From an uncultured Candidatus Saccharibacteria bacterium (lineage in GTDB: Bacteria > Patescibacteriota > Minisyncoccia > Minisyncoccales > UBA1441), in contig CAZNED010000002.1 in assembly GCA_964572275.1 (NCBI GenBank), forward strand, positions 12,582-76,581: a stretch of 64,000 nucleotides of DNA, read 5' to 3'. The first letter of the stretch is position 1; every line of letters begins with the position of its first letter. Under the pieces are notes generated by a model. That model had not been told where the DNA came from, searched no databases, and saw only the letters and a list, made by a program, of their open reading frames with translations. The position numbers and the translations under genes are program-made. Positions 26,838-36,389 of the stretch are shown here, in pieces.

Positions 26838-28493
26838 TCAAGAAGGCCAAAGCCATTTTATTTTTTTCTCTGGGTTGTTATAAAAAAGGCGCAATAGCGA
26901 ACGAGTAACGAATATGGCCGAGAACAAACTCAATATGACACCCAATCCCAGAATTAAAGCAAATCCTTTAATGAAGCTCGTTCCAAAAAACCACATGATG
27001 ACTGCCACCACTAAGGTTGTTATGTTACCATCTCGGATTGATGGCCAAGCTCTTTGAAACCCAACTTCAACGGCTCGATCTATCCCCCGAGCCTCTCTAA
27101 GCTCTTCCTTCATTCTTTCAAAAATAAGAATATTCGCGTCAACAGCCATGCCTATCGATAAGATTGCACCACCGATCCCGGCCATTGTTAAAGTAATTTG
27201 AGGGATAAGCTTAAAGAAAGCTAATAAAAAGATTACAAAGCAGATCAAGGCAATACTCGCCATTAATCCAGGTAATCTGTAAAATAAGATCATAAAGGCA
27301 ATTACCGCCAAAAGCCCCCATAAACCTGCCGATAAAGATTTATCCAACGACTCTTTGCCTAAAATCGGTCCGACTGTTTTCTGAGAAATAAGCTCAATCG
27401 GTACTGGTAAGGCACCGCTTTTCAAGCGTTGCGCAATCTGCGAAGCCTCAACTGGCGTCATGCTTCCACTGATAATAGCTTTGCCTCCGGAAATCTTCTC
27501 CTGCACGACTGGGGCATAAAGATCATTCTCGTCAATTATTCCATCGGAATTTGTGTCTATAATAGCTTTTCCATCAAGGAATATTGCCAATGGTTTATTT
27601 ATATTCCTTTCAGTTATTGTTTCAAAAAGAATGGATCCTTCTTGATTGAATTCAAGCTCCACAACTGCTTGCCCCGTGACCGGATCTAAAGAGCGCCGAG
27701 CAGTTGCAAGATGCTTCCCTGTTAGCTCTGTGTTGCGCCAGAATGAAAAAGATTCGCCGACTTCCTGTGTCGCAAATAAAATATGACTAGCCCGAATCTG
27801 TCCCTCTTCATTTTCTGCACCAGTTTTCTTAATAATGTGATAGCCGAATTCTGTTTGAACCAACTCTGACGTGATTTCTCCTTCTTCCAACTCAAAGGCG
27901 GCTTCTGAAAATTCAGCAACCATGTCTTCGGCGCGGAACCAACCCAGATCACCACCGTTTTCTCCCGAAGAACAATCTGAATATTCTTTCGCTAATTCCG
28001 AAAAATCACCGCCAACTAAGACCAAATCCAAAACTGTTTTAGCTTTTTCTAAAACTGTTTTATTAAAAGACTCTACTAATTCCTGATCTTCTTCACTGAA
28101 TTCAGATTCAGAAACCTCTTTAAATTCCAAAACTGGCGTTTCTCCAATCATTTCCAAAGCCTCTTGCAAATTAAGAACTCCCGGTAATTCAATCGATAAT
28201 TGATTAACTCCCTCCCTAACGGCCACTCTTGGCTCAGCGATACCAAAAAAGTTAATACGCCTCTCTATAACATCACGCACTCCTGCCAGTGCATCGGAAT
28301 GTTCTTCTTCGGACACGGATGATAAATCAGCTTGATATATTAAACTTGCTCCACCTTGCAGATCTAGACCATAGCGAAAATCGCGCTCGGGCAACCAAGA
28401 AGGTGACCACGGTCCAGGATAAGCAAAAGCAAAAGCAAAATAAGCTAAAACTAACAAAAAAAGCAAAAACAATATATTTCTGCGATAAGTCAT
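26838..28493 (-). CDS. secD: Protein translocase subunit SecD with an embedded parvulin-type PPIase-like domain
   Basis: 551 aa. The SecD head and base blocks are present (LAIFLDGKAIID...GGKAIISGSMTPVEASQIAQRLKSGALPVPIEL; C-terminal TM bundle). Residues about 140-235 carry FSELAKEYSDCSSGENGGDLGWFRAEDMVAEFSEAAF...TEFGYHIIKK, a parvulin (PpiC) signature. Confidence 0.85.
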   Translation of the reverse strand: MTYRRNILFLLFLLVLAYFAFAFAYPGPWSPSWLPERDFRYGLDLQGGASLIYQADLSSVSEEEHSDALAGVRDVIERRINFFGIAEPRVAVREGVNQLSIELPGVLNLQEALEMIGETPVLEFKEVSESEFSEEDQELVESFNKTVLEKAKTVLDLVLVGGDFSELAKEYSDCSSGENGGDLGWFRAEDMVAEFSEAAFELEEGEITSELVQTEFGYHIIKKTGAENEEGQIRASHILFATQEVGESFSFWRNTELTGKHLATARRSLDPVTGQAVVELEFNQEGSILFETITERNINKPLAIFLDGKAIIDTNSDGIIDENDLYAPVVQEKISGGKAIISGSMTPVEASQIAQRLKSGALPVPIELISQKTVGPILGKESLDKSLSAGLWGLLAVIAFMILFYRLPGLMASIALICFVIFLLAFFKLIPQITLTMAGIGGAILSIGMAVDANILIFERMKEELREARGIDRAVEVGFQRAWPSIRDGNITTLVVAVIMWFFGTSFIKGFALILGLGVILSLFSAIFVTRSLLRLFYNNPEKKIKWLWPS

Positions 28494-28496
28494 TTT

Positions 28497-31019
28497 TCAA
28501 CTAATGTTTATTTTTACTCGGAAAACCGAATTTGCCAAACTAGACTTCCATCGTATCATAAAATCACTGAACATTCTATATCCTTCATTCTGGTATTCAA
28601 CAAGTGGTTCACGCTGAGCATAGGCTCTTAATCCGACAGATTGTCTCAACTCTTCCATCTCTGTTAAATGCCTTGACCATAAATCGTCTAAGAATCTCAA
28701 GCATAAAGTCTTCCCTAAAATATTCCAATGCGCCGAATCAACTGTTTTCTCAATATGATCACAAGCTTGACGAGCCAAATCCTGAAAATATTCTTTCATC
28801 GCTTCTGGAGCAGATAATCTTTTCTCTTTAGCCAACCTTACTAATTCTCTATGAATATCTTCTCCATTTGGCAAAATAATCTTTGCTCTTTCGGCCATTT
28901 CTTCTAAATTCCAATCTTCTATCACACCAGTTGTATGAGAATTGATAATTTGATCAAATTCTTCTCCAAGCACTTGATCGATTAATTCGCGCCATCGTGC
29001 AGCCCAATCTTTGCTTTCAAAAATCTTTAGAATATCATTTCTCCTTCGATACACTACCTGACGATGTTTATTCAGCACATCGTCATAATCACAAAGCCTT
29101 TTGCGAATATCAAAATTCATTCCCTCAACCTTTCGTTGAGCTGCTTCGATGGCTTTAGAAATTAATGGATGTTCAATCGGTTCGTCTTCCGGTAGATGAA
29201 AACGTTCCATCATTTTTTCTATTCTCTCTCCGCCAAAATATTTAACAATATTCTTTGATTTAGGGAAAATTTCGTTTTTTAACGAAAGAAAGAATATAGA
29301 AGAACCAGGTTCTCCTTGTCGCCCGGCCCGACCACGCAATTGATCGTCGATTCGACGGGCTTCATGACGTTCCGTTCCTAGGACAAGCAATCCGCCCAGA
29401 GACATCACCTTCTGTCTTTCCTCTTCATTAGGAGGATTACCACCCAAGATAATATCAACTCCCCGTCCAGCCATATTAGTAGCCACTGTCACTTGCCCTT
29501 GACGCCCTGCTTGGGCAATCACCTGAGCCTCTTGTTCGTGATATTTGGCGTTTAAAATTTGGCATGGTATTCCTTCACGTCCCAACAATCTTTCAAAATA
29601 TTCATTTGCCTCAACTGATGTTGTTCCGACCAACACCGGCTGACCAATTTTATGTTTTTCTTTTATAGTCGTAACAATCGCTTTAAATTTCGCCTCTTCT
29701 TTTCCATAAACTTTGTCTGGAAGATCCCGTCGAATCATTGGCTGATGAGTTGGAATTGCTTTGACATCTAGACCATAAACTTTATCAAACTCTTCAGCTG
29801 CTGAAACGGCCGTTCCTGTCATCCCGCTTAATTTCGGATACATGCGAAATAGATTCTGCAAAGTGATCGTCGCTAATGTTTTCGATTCAGGCTTGATTAT
29901 CACTCCATCTTTCGCTTCAATAGCCTGATGAATCCCATCGGCATAGCGACGGCCAGGCATCAATCTTCCAGTAAATTCATCAACGATGATAATCTCGCCT
30001 TCTTTAATCAAATAATCAACATCTTTTAAAAAGAGTTCTTTTGCCCTGAGGGCGTTCATTATCCTATGTAAAGATTCTATGTATTGAGGGTGATATAAAT
30101 TATCAATCCCTAAAGCTTTCTCCGCACGATCAATGCCTGTATCTGTTAGGCTAACGACTTTCATCTTGCGGTCCACATTATAATCGTCGCCCTCATTCAA
30201 ACGATCTGCTAACTGCGCAAAACTGATATATTCTTCCGGCTTCATGGTCTCAGATTGAGAAATGATTAATGGAGTTCTAGCTTCATCAATCAATATACTG
30301 TCAACTTCATCAATCACCGCATAATTAAAAGCGCGCTGTACTTTATCATCTAAACGAAAGACAAGATTATCTCGTAAATAATCGAAACCAAATTCATTAT
30401 TAGTACCATATGTGATATCGGCATTGTAAGCTTCCGCACGAGAACATGGTTTTAAAAAATCTTGGATTACCATAAAACCACCGGTTTTGTCTCTGGCGTC
30501 ATCTTTGATTTCAGCTTGACGAAAATTAGGATCATACAAGAATGATTGCTCATGATTTAAAACACTAACGCTCAAGCCAAGCAGATGATAAATCTGCCCC
30601 ATCCATACCGCATCGCGACGAGCCAAATAATCGTTGACTGTTACGACATGCACGCCTAAACCACTTAAAGCATTCAAAAAAACCGGAGCCGTCGCCGCTA
30701 ATGTTTTACCCTCTCCCGTCTTCATCTCGATCACTCTTCCTTGATGTAATGCTATGCCTGCTTGTAACTGACAGTCAAAATGCCTTTGCTTCAAAGTTCG
30801 CGTAGCCGATTCTCGAACAAGCGCGAAAGCCTCTGGCAATAAATCATCAAGCGATTCTCCTTTCTTCACCCGATCTTTTAAATTAATTCCGGCCTGCTCT
30901 ATTTTAGATAATGAAAATTTCTGTAATTCTAAGCCCAAAAAACCGATCCGGTCAACTAAAAACTGGATGCTTCTTAAATAACGTTTATTCGGATCACCGA
31001 TTATTTTATCAAGAAACAT
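28497..31019 (-). CDS. secA: Preprotein translocase ATPase SecA
   Basis: 840 aa. It has the Walker A MKTGEGKT and DEAD-like VDEVDSILIDEART, plus conserved SecA preprotein-crosslinking and helical scaffold regions. Confidence 0.95.
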   Translation of the reverse strand: MFLDKIIGDPNKRYLRSIQFLVDRIGFLGLELQKFSLSKIEQAGINLKDRVKKGESLDDLLPEAFALVRESATRTLKQRHFDCQLQAGIALHQGRVIEMKTGEGKTLAATAPVFLNALSGLGVHVVTVNDYLARRDAVWMGQIYHLLGLSVSVLNHEQSFLYDPNFRQAEIKDDARDKTGGFMVIQDFLKPCSRAEAYNADITYGTNNEFGFDYLRDNLVFRLDDKVQRAFNYAVIDEVDSILIDEARTPLIISQSETMKPEEYISFAQLADRLNEGDDYNVDRKMKVVSLTDTGIDRAEKALGIDNLYHPQYIESLHRIMNALRAKELFLKDVDYLIKEGEIIIVDEFTGRLMPGRRYADGIHQAIEAKDGVIIKPESKTLATITLQNLFRMYPKLSGMTGTAVSAAEEFDKVYGLDVKAIPTHQPMIRRDLPDKVYGKEEAKFKAIVTTIKEKHKIGQPVLVGTTSVEANEYFERLLGREGIPCQILNAKYHEQEAQVIAQAGRQGQVTVATNMAGRGVDIILGGNPPNEEERQKVMSLGGLLVLGTERHEARRIDDQLRGRAGRQGEPGSSIFFLSLKNEIFPKSKNIVKYFGGERIEKMMERFHLPEDEPIEHPLISKAIEAAQRKVEGMNFDIRKRLCDYDDVLNKHRQVVYRRRNDILKIFESKDWAARWRELIDQVLGEEFDQIINSHTTGVIEDWNLEEMAERAKIILPNGEDIHRELVRLAKEKRLSAPEAMKEYFQDLARQACDHIEKTVDSAHWNILGKTLCLRFLDDLWSRHLTEMEELRQSVGLRAYAQREPLVEYQNEGYRMFSDFMIRWKSSLANSVFRVKINIS

Positions 31020-31426
31020 TACTCGTGACGCTCTCTTTTACCTTTAGGAATTCTCTCTCCGGCCCAAAGTCTCATTCTTTTAATTGCGCGAGCGGCCCGC
31101 TTATACATAGCATCTTTTCGTCCACCATAATTTTTTATCTCTCTCTGTAATTTATCTCTGATTTCATCTATCGCTTTAAAAACATCCTGGTTGTAGGCCG
31201 TAACGGCAACAACTTGTCTAGGAAGTATAATCTCGGCACCAATTTTATAGAGATTATTGCGAGCAGCTTCTTTTTCAATCTTAATCCTAATTTCCGTATC
31301 GAGTCGGCTATTATCATTCTTTTTTGCATTAGGCAGAAATTTGTCTAGATTATTGATTTTCTTTTCAAGATAATCACTAACATCCGGCAATAGATTGATG
31401 CTCGGAGCATATATAGTAATCTTCAT
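31019..31426 (-). CDS. hpf: Ribosome hibernation promoting factor (HPF/RaiA family)
   Basis: 135 aa. MKITIYAPSINLLPDVSDYLEKKI...IRIKIEKE...YKIGAEIILP is the S30AE/HPF fold. It sits in the conserved hpf-secA arrangement. Confidence 0.8.
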   Translation of the reverse strand: MKITIYAPSINLLPDVSDYLEKKINNLDKFLPNAKKNDNSRLDTEIRIKIEKEAARNNLYKIGAEIILPRQVVAVTAYNQDVFKAIDEIRDKLQREIKNYGGRKDAMYKRAARAIKRMRLWAGERIPKGKRERHE

Positions 31427-31485
31427 AATTCATTTAAATTAAGGCAATATCAGCATAACACTTGCCTAAGCCATATTCAATAAAC

Positions 31486-31510
31486 GAAAAAGCCCCCTTG
31501 CGGGAGCTTT
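31486..31510 (-). terminator. Rho-independent terminator
   Basis: The minus strand reads AGCUCCCGCAAGGGGGCU followed by a U-run. It lies right after the stop of the small acidic ORF. Confidence 0.6.
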
Positions 31511-31521
31511 TATTTTCAGAA

Positions 31522-31656
31522 TTAAGCTTCGTTAAGATCTAAGTCCGAATCGTCTTCTTCTTCCTCGTCTACATCGCTGTCATCATCGGCGAAGTCGAAA
31601 TCAGGAGCGTCATCTCCTAATTCCTCATCTACATCTTTCTCTAAATCGTCTTCCAT
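31522..31656 (-). CDS. Unannotated 44-aa extremely acidic small ORF (MEDDLEKDVDEELGDDAPDFDFADDDSDVDEEEEDDSDLDLNEA)
   Basis: An ATG..TAA ORF on the minus strand, not in the supplied track because of its length. More than 60% of residues are D/E. It is followed by its own intrinsic terminator and preceded by an 11-bp tandem repeat. It has no obvious SD. Confidence 0.35.
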   Translation of the reverse strand: MEDDLEKDVDEELGDDAPDFDFADDDSDVDEEEEDDSDLDLNEA

Positions 31657-31662
31657 GATATT

Positions 31663-31684
31663 TAGTGATTAATTAGTGATTAAT
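31663..31684. repeat. Perfect 11-bp tandem direct repeat (TAGTGATTAAT x2)
   Basis: tagtgattaattagtgattaat lies immediately upstream (minus sense) of the small acidic ORF start, in the murB-hpf intergenic region. Confidence 0.5.
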
Positions 31685-31775
31685 TATAAGATACCTTAAG
31701 CAGCCGACTTATCTCTGCTAAAAGTACTTTCACAAGTTATATTATGTTACAAAATTTGTCAAGCTGTTTTTGCCA

Positions 31776-32672
31776 TTATCTTGGCAAATAAATAATCTCC
31801 TCTGTCAGATTTAAGCCGAATTCTCGATGAATACAGCTTTTTATAAGCTCAATTAAAGCTATGATTTCTTCGCTTTTTGCTCCCCCCAGATTAACGATAA
31901 AATTGGCATGTTTTTCAGAAATTTGAGCATTGCCAATACGCCGACCCTTAAATCCGGCCTGATCTATGAGTGCTCCAGCCGATTGTCCTTCTGGATTTTT
32001 AAAGATACAACCAGCTGAAGGATAAGATCGCGGCTGAGTTGCAACTTTCTTCCGAATTAAATCCCGTAAGTTGTTTAAAACTATTTCAGCATCACCATGA
32101 TGTTGAGACAGAACCACCGATGTAATCACTTTATCGCCTTGATGGCGGAAAATGCTATCGCGATATTCAAAATTGCACTCATCATTGACGTAAGATTTAA
32201 AATCCATTTTATCGCAATCAAAAAAGCGAACTTCTTCCACTAAATGCCCGATATTATGCTCCGGAGTTCCCGCATTGCCACAAATAGCCCCACCAATTGT
32301 TCCCGGAATGACCGCTTCCCATTCAAATCCAGATAATCCTCGTTTTACCGATTCAATAACCAATTTGTTCAGTGCTGTACCGGCGCCCACATGTATCTTC
32401 TGATCCTCCCATTTAATAAATTCAATATCCATTTGAATCACCAATCCCGAGAAACCTTTGTCTGAAACTAATAAATTACTTCCTCCACCGAGTATAAAAA
32501 CAGGGCAATCGATAGCTTGAGCGTTCTCTATGGCTTCCAATAATTCATCTTCCGACTTTACTTTGATAAAATATCTCGCCAACCCCCCTACTTTGAAAGT
32601 AGTATAATCTTTCAGCGATACATTCTCTTGCCAATTTTTGCCAAAATATTTATCCATTTTTTTAAGGGTCAA
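31776..32672 (-). CDS. murB: UDP-N-acetylenolpyruvoylglucosamine reductase MurB
   Basis: 298 aa. The FAD-binding FKVGGLARYF and ILGGGSNLL, and the C-terminal MurB domain, are present. Confidence 0.85.
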   Translation of the reverse strand: MTLKKMDKYFGKNWQENVSLKDYTTFKVGGLARYFIKVKSEDELLEAIENAQAIDCPVFILGGGSNLLVSDKGFSGLVIQMDIEFIKWEDQKIHVGAGTALNKLVIESVKRGLSGFEWEAVIPGTIGGAICGNAGTPEHNIGHLVEEVRFFDCDKMDFKSYVNDECNFEYRDSIFRHQGDKVITSVVLSQHHGDAEIVLNNLRDLIRKKVATQPRSYPSAGCIFKNPEGQSAGALIDQAGFKGRRIGNAQISEKHANFIVNLGGAKSEEIIALIELIKSCIHREFGLNLTEEIIYLPR

Positions 32673-34362
32673 TGAATAAAAGCTCGTTCAATTTCGATCT
32701 AGTGCGAACTCCAACATAACCTGTGCCCGATGATAATCCAACTGGACTCAAAATATTATCCGCATATTTTTCTTGGAATCTGACAATGGCTTGACGAGTT
32801 AATTCATAAAAATATCCGGTTACCAATCCTTCTGGATAAACATCTGGCTCCTGAATGGCTAAGAATAATTGCAATGCCTTTACCGATTCACCGCTTGATC
32901 CTAAAAATAAATCTTCAGTAAATGAACCGAGATTTATCCCCTGCTGTCGCGATAAAGTTAGCGCAATTTGACTGCGAAGATAAATTATCTGGCGGTATAA
33001 AGAATTAATTGTTTCTTGTAGCTCTAAAATAATTTTATCCTCCTTAGCCTGGGGAACCATAACTGCCTCCCATTTAAAAGGATAATAATCCTCTAATCCA
33101 TTAAACCCGGAGTGTTTACTCTGAATAGAAGGAATTATAGTGATCGAGTAATATTTAGTACCAAATTTAGGAATAATAATTTCCCCATTCTGATAATCAC
33201 TTAAGTTGAAAAAACCGACTTCGGCAACTCCCTGACGATTAACTGTCACATATGGTACCTTGAATAATGTTTCAGATTGACCAAAAAAATTAAGATATAA
33301 ATCTCCGTCACCACCAATAAATCTAACCCATTGAGCCGACCAGTTCTGTAGGCGATCAGTTGAAGAAAGCGTGCTTTCTCCATCTAACGGAAGAAAATTA
33401 GTTTTGGGAATAATGCGTAAATTCTTAAGATTATTATTAAGATAACAATAATATTCTCCTAAAGAACAATTATTAACTAATACTGCGATCGTCCAGTTCG
33501 TATATATTTGAGCAAAATCTTCCTTGTATCCATTCTTGATTAAAGCCTCATTCAAAGAAGCTATGCCAACCTTCTTTGAATCCAGTGAGTCTGATAATAT
33601 TTTTTGACCATAGTGATCAACTAAATATTGCGCAAAAAGATTAAGAGCCCCATAATCGGCAACTTTTTCCTGCCAATCAACTAGCGAATTATTAGAATAT
33701 TCTAGAAATATCCTGGCTCTTTGCTGTAAATTACTATCATCATAAATTCTGTCATAACCCACCAGAGTAGGCGCATATTCGGCCCGAGCTTCGTTTAACC
33801 AAGTCTCTTCGGTAACTTGATGAGTTTTTTCTTTCTTATGATAGGTTATCAGATGCATCAATTCGTGCGACAACAAGCTCCGGATGTAATAACTGTTTAG
33901 ATGGACGCTATTTAAATAAACTACCTGTCTTTGGTTGGAAAATGGATTCTGCAAACGATCTTGCTGATCAATCGGACGGAAATATCCCCCGGCACTACCA
34001 CGCATCTGGTGAATGAAAATATTTATTTTCTGATCGATCGTTTGAATCTTCCAACTCCAATTATAAGCATCACTTAAGATGGGAAAGATATTCTCCTCGA
34101 ACTCATAAGCAAGTATTTTTAAATAGTCACTGTTTTTTGTTCTATCTTCCTCGCTAAGGGCTTGCCACCAATCTTGTTCAACATAGAATCTCCCTTTGCT
34201 TGTTTCTTCCATTAAAATAGCAACCAATTCTTCTCGTTCATATAAGTCATATTGACTATTAACAAAAAAAGAATCAGTTGTATTGGCTGAAGCAGATTGA
34301 GCCACTAAAAACAACCCGAATAATACCAAAATTAGAGAGGTTTTTCTCAAAAGAAGAAACAT
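32662..34362 (-). CDS. Secreted putative zinc metallopeptidase with a C-terminal peptidoglycan-binding domain
   Basis: 566 aa. It has a signal peptide, the HExxH motif LLSHELMHLITYH, and a C-terminal PG_binding_1-like block (GESVKALQLFLAIQEPDVYPEGLVTGYFYELTRQAIVRFQEKYADNILSPVGLSSGTGYVGVRTRSKLNELL). Confidence 0.55.
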   Translation of the reverse strand: MFLLLRKTSLILVLFGLFLVAQSASANTTDSFFVNSQYDLYEREELVAILMEETSKGRFYVEQDWWQALSEEDRTKNSDYLKILAYEFEENIFPILSDAYNWSWKIQTIDQKINIFIHQMRGSAGGYFRPIDQQDRLQNPFSNQRQVVYLNSVHLNSYYIRSLLSHELMHLITYHKKEKTHQVTEETWLNEARAEYAPTLVGYDRIYDDSNLQQRARIFLEYSNNSLVDWQEKVADYGALNLFAQYLVDHYGQKILSDSLDSKKVGIASLNEALIKNGYKEDFAQIYTNWTIAVLVNNCSLGEYYCYLNNNLKNLRIIPKTNFLPLDGESTLSSTDRLQNWSAQWVRFIGGDGDLYLNFFGQSETLFKVPYVTVNRQGVAEVGFFNLSDYQNGEIIIPKFGTKYYSITIIPSIQSKHSGFNGLEDYYPFKWEAVMVPQAKEDKIILELQETINSLYRQIIYLRSQIALTLSRQQGINLGSFTEDLFLGSSGESVKALQLFLAIQEPDVYPEGLVTGYFYELTRQAIVRFQEKYADNILSPVGLSSGTGYVGVRTRSKLNELLFIDP

Positions 34363-34407
34363 ATCTTGCCTATTTTAACACAAGGAAACTTCAAAACAAT
34401 CTAGCTG

Positions 34408-34593
34408 TTATCTTATCCAAAAGATATTTATGATTCCTATCGCAATTAATGCAACAGCTACTATAAAGGCTAGAGTAATCAGGATCAGTTCTGGTTTAAC
34501 GAGAATTAAAATTCCTAATAACACCAAAAGCAATCCTTGCCCTATCCGATAATATCTATTAGTATTAATTTTTATTTTAGATAGATATTTCAA
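34408..34593 (-). CDS. Small two-TM membrane protein
   Basis: 61 aa, two hydrophobic helices. It overlaps the mscS stop by 4 nt, suggesting translational coupling. Confidence 0.4.
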   Translation of the reverse strand: MKYLSKIKINTNRYYRIGQGLLLVLLGILILVKPELILITLAFIVAVALIAIGIINIFWIR

Positions 34594-35615
34594 CGTCCTA
34601 ATATATTAATACCGTTTTGAGATAGCTTATCTTTCAGGGCTAATGCAATTTGTTTATAAATCATCTGCATTTCATGATATTCAGATGTTTCTAAATCGTA
34701 GGTTAATTCAAAAACTGGTCCATGAGCTCCGAAAAATTTAAAATCAATTTGTCCACATTTAACAAAATCCTGATTATCTAAAATCTCCTTTACTAGATTA
34801 TCCATTTTATTCAATGCTTCCGAAGGCACTGCGTAATCCACACTAAAAATCAAAGACATTCGCGTTGAATTCTTTTTGCTGTAATTATAAATAATCTTGT
34901 TAGCTAAATCTTGATTTGGCAAGATAATATTTTCTCCATTCGGTCCTCTTAATTGCGTCGATCTTATCCCGATTCTCTCAATCCGTCCCTGGGCTTCTCC
35001 AGGCGCTCCATGATTATCACCAATAACTATAAAATCACCTTCGGCAAAGATATGATCGGAGTAGATCATGAAAGAAGTGAATAACTCGGATAATATCTTT
35101 TGAGAGGCAATCGCAAACAGAACGCCACTCACTCCTAATCCTGCTAGCAATACTTTTATATCGTAATTAAAAAGAGAAATAACTACCAATATCGCCCCCA
35201 CCCAGAGAATGATATCAAATACACGATTAAAAAATTTTAAAGAAGTAATATTACGCCTATTCTCTTTGCGATCAGCTATCAATGATTCGGTGCGGCAGCT
35301 AATTAAGCGATGGATTAGCCATGTTACGTAAAAGATAAAAATTACAAGAAAGATTGACTGGAATTTCTCCCAAACAATTTGATTCATAGGAAAGATATAA
35401 GAAGAAACGCATAGAGCCAAAAAAAGACTCAAAAACAGCCAACTGCTTTTGAATACTCTTACAATAGAACAAAACAAATTCGTATAAGATTTAACAGCGC
35501 ATCTGATAATTCTTCCCAAGAATATCAATTCTACTAAGCGCATGAAACATAATATTGATAAGAAAATAACTAACGATCTTAGGATAGAAATTATAAGAGC
35601 TTCGTAGATGATCAT
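34590..35615 (-). CDS. Small-conductance mechanosensitive channel (MscS family)
   Basis: 341 aa. It has N-terminal TMs and a C-terminal MscS beta-domain (IIVIGDNHG...ERIGIRSTQLRGPNGENIILPN). Confidence 0.8.
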   Translation of the reverse strand: MIIYEALIISILRSLVIFLSILCFMRLVELIFLGRIIRCAVKSYTNLFCSIVRVFKSSWLFLSLFLALCVSSYIFPMNQIVWEKFQSIFLVIFIFYVTWLIHRLISCRTESLIADRKENRRNITSLKFFNRVFDIILWVGAILVVISLFNYDIKVLLAGLGVSGVLFAIASQKILSELFTSFMIYSDHIFAEGDFIVIGDNHGAPGEAQGRIERIGIRSTQLRGPNGENIILPNQDLANKIIYNYSKKNSTRMSLIFSVDYAVPSEALNKMDNLVKEILDNQDFVKCGQIDFKFFGAHGPVFELTYDLETSEYHEMQMIYKQIALALKDKLSQNGINILGR

Positions 35616-35767
35616 GATTTAACTGTTTGATTTATCCTTTGTTTCAGGTCTTTCCAAAGTAAATAAATAGAATTAATAATTAAAAAAATCGGTAAAAACT
35701 TAAGTAATGCTTTTTCGCTAAATTTGTCCCATTCCATAATTAAATTATTCCATTATTGATGAGCTTT

Positions 35768-36298
35768 TCAAGGCTGCAGAGACTCTTCGGCAGATCTTCC
35801 TCCGACTGTAATGATCACCTCTTCTATTGCCGGAAACTGTAGTAATGTTTTATTTATCTGCTCTCTTAATGTGATAACAGTTGCTGATCCAGCCAAGGAA
35901 GCAGCTTCTTCGTCGAGATCAACATGCGCAATACCCTCTTCTACTGTTAAATTATTTAGTTGCAGATCTGATGGTATGGCTGTGCTTAAAAAATCTTTCT
36001 CAATATCATTCGGACCAGAAAACAGCATTCTCAGAGCTTCTTCTGGATTCCAGAGATTTGACATTATCGTTCGCTCAACAGGTTGAACCATATCGGCATA
36101 ATCAGCTGTTCCATCAATCATCATCTCTTGATTGATGAAATAAAGATTGACGATTATATCTTCTCCGTATGTCATTGCACTTTCATCTGTTACATCTGGT
36201 TCAGGCATAACCGGCCGACCTATTTTTGATCCTACAAAAGTCACAACTATTATTAGAATAGCTAAGGCAACAATAGCAACAGCTGTATCTTTTGACAT
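35768..36298 (-). CDS. Membrane-anchored GerMN-domain protein
   Basis: 176 aa. It has an N-terminal TM anchor and a GerMN-like C-terminal domain (...VDLDEEAASLAGSATVITLREQINKTLLQFPAIEEVIITVGGR). Confidence 0.5.
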   Translation of the reverse strand: MSKDTAVAIVALAILIIVVTFVGSKIGRPVMPEPDVTDESAMTYGEDIIVNLYFINQEMMIDGTADYADMVQPVERTIMSNLWNPEEALRMLFSGPNDIEKDFLSTAIPSDLQLNNLTVEEGIAHVDLDEEAASLAGSATVITLREQINKTLLQFPAIEEVIITVGGRSAEESLQP

Positions 36299-36348
36299 AA
36301 TATCAACAAATTAATATACATTTATCTTATCATAAAATTTAGATAAAC

Positions 36349-36375
36349 AAAAAACCTCGTCGATCGAGGTTTTTT
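36349..36375. terminator. Bidirectional intrinsic terminator
   Basis: aaaaaa-CCTCGtcgatCGAGG-tttttt. Confidence 0.55.
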
Positions 36376-36389
36376 GTATTATATAATGA

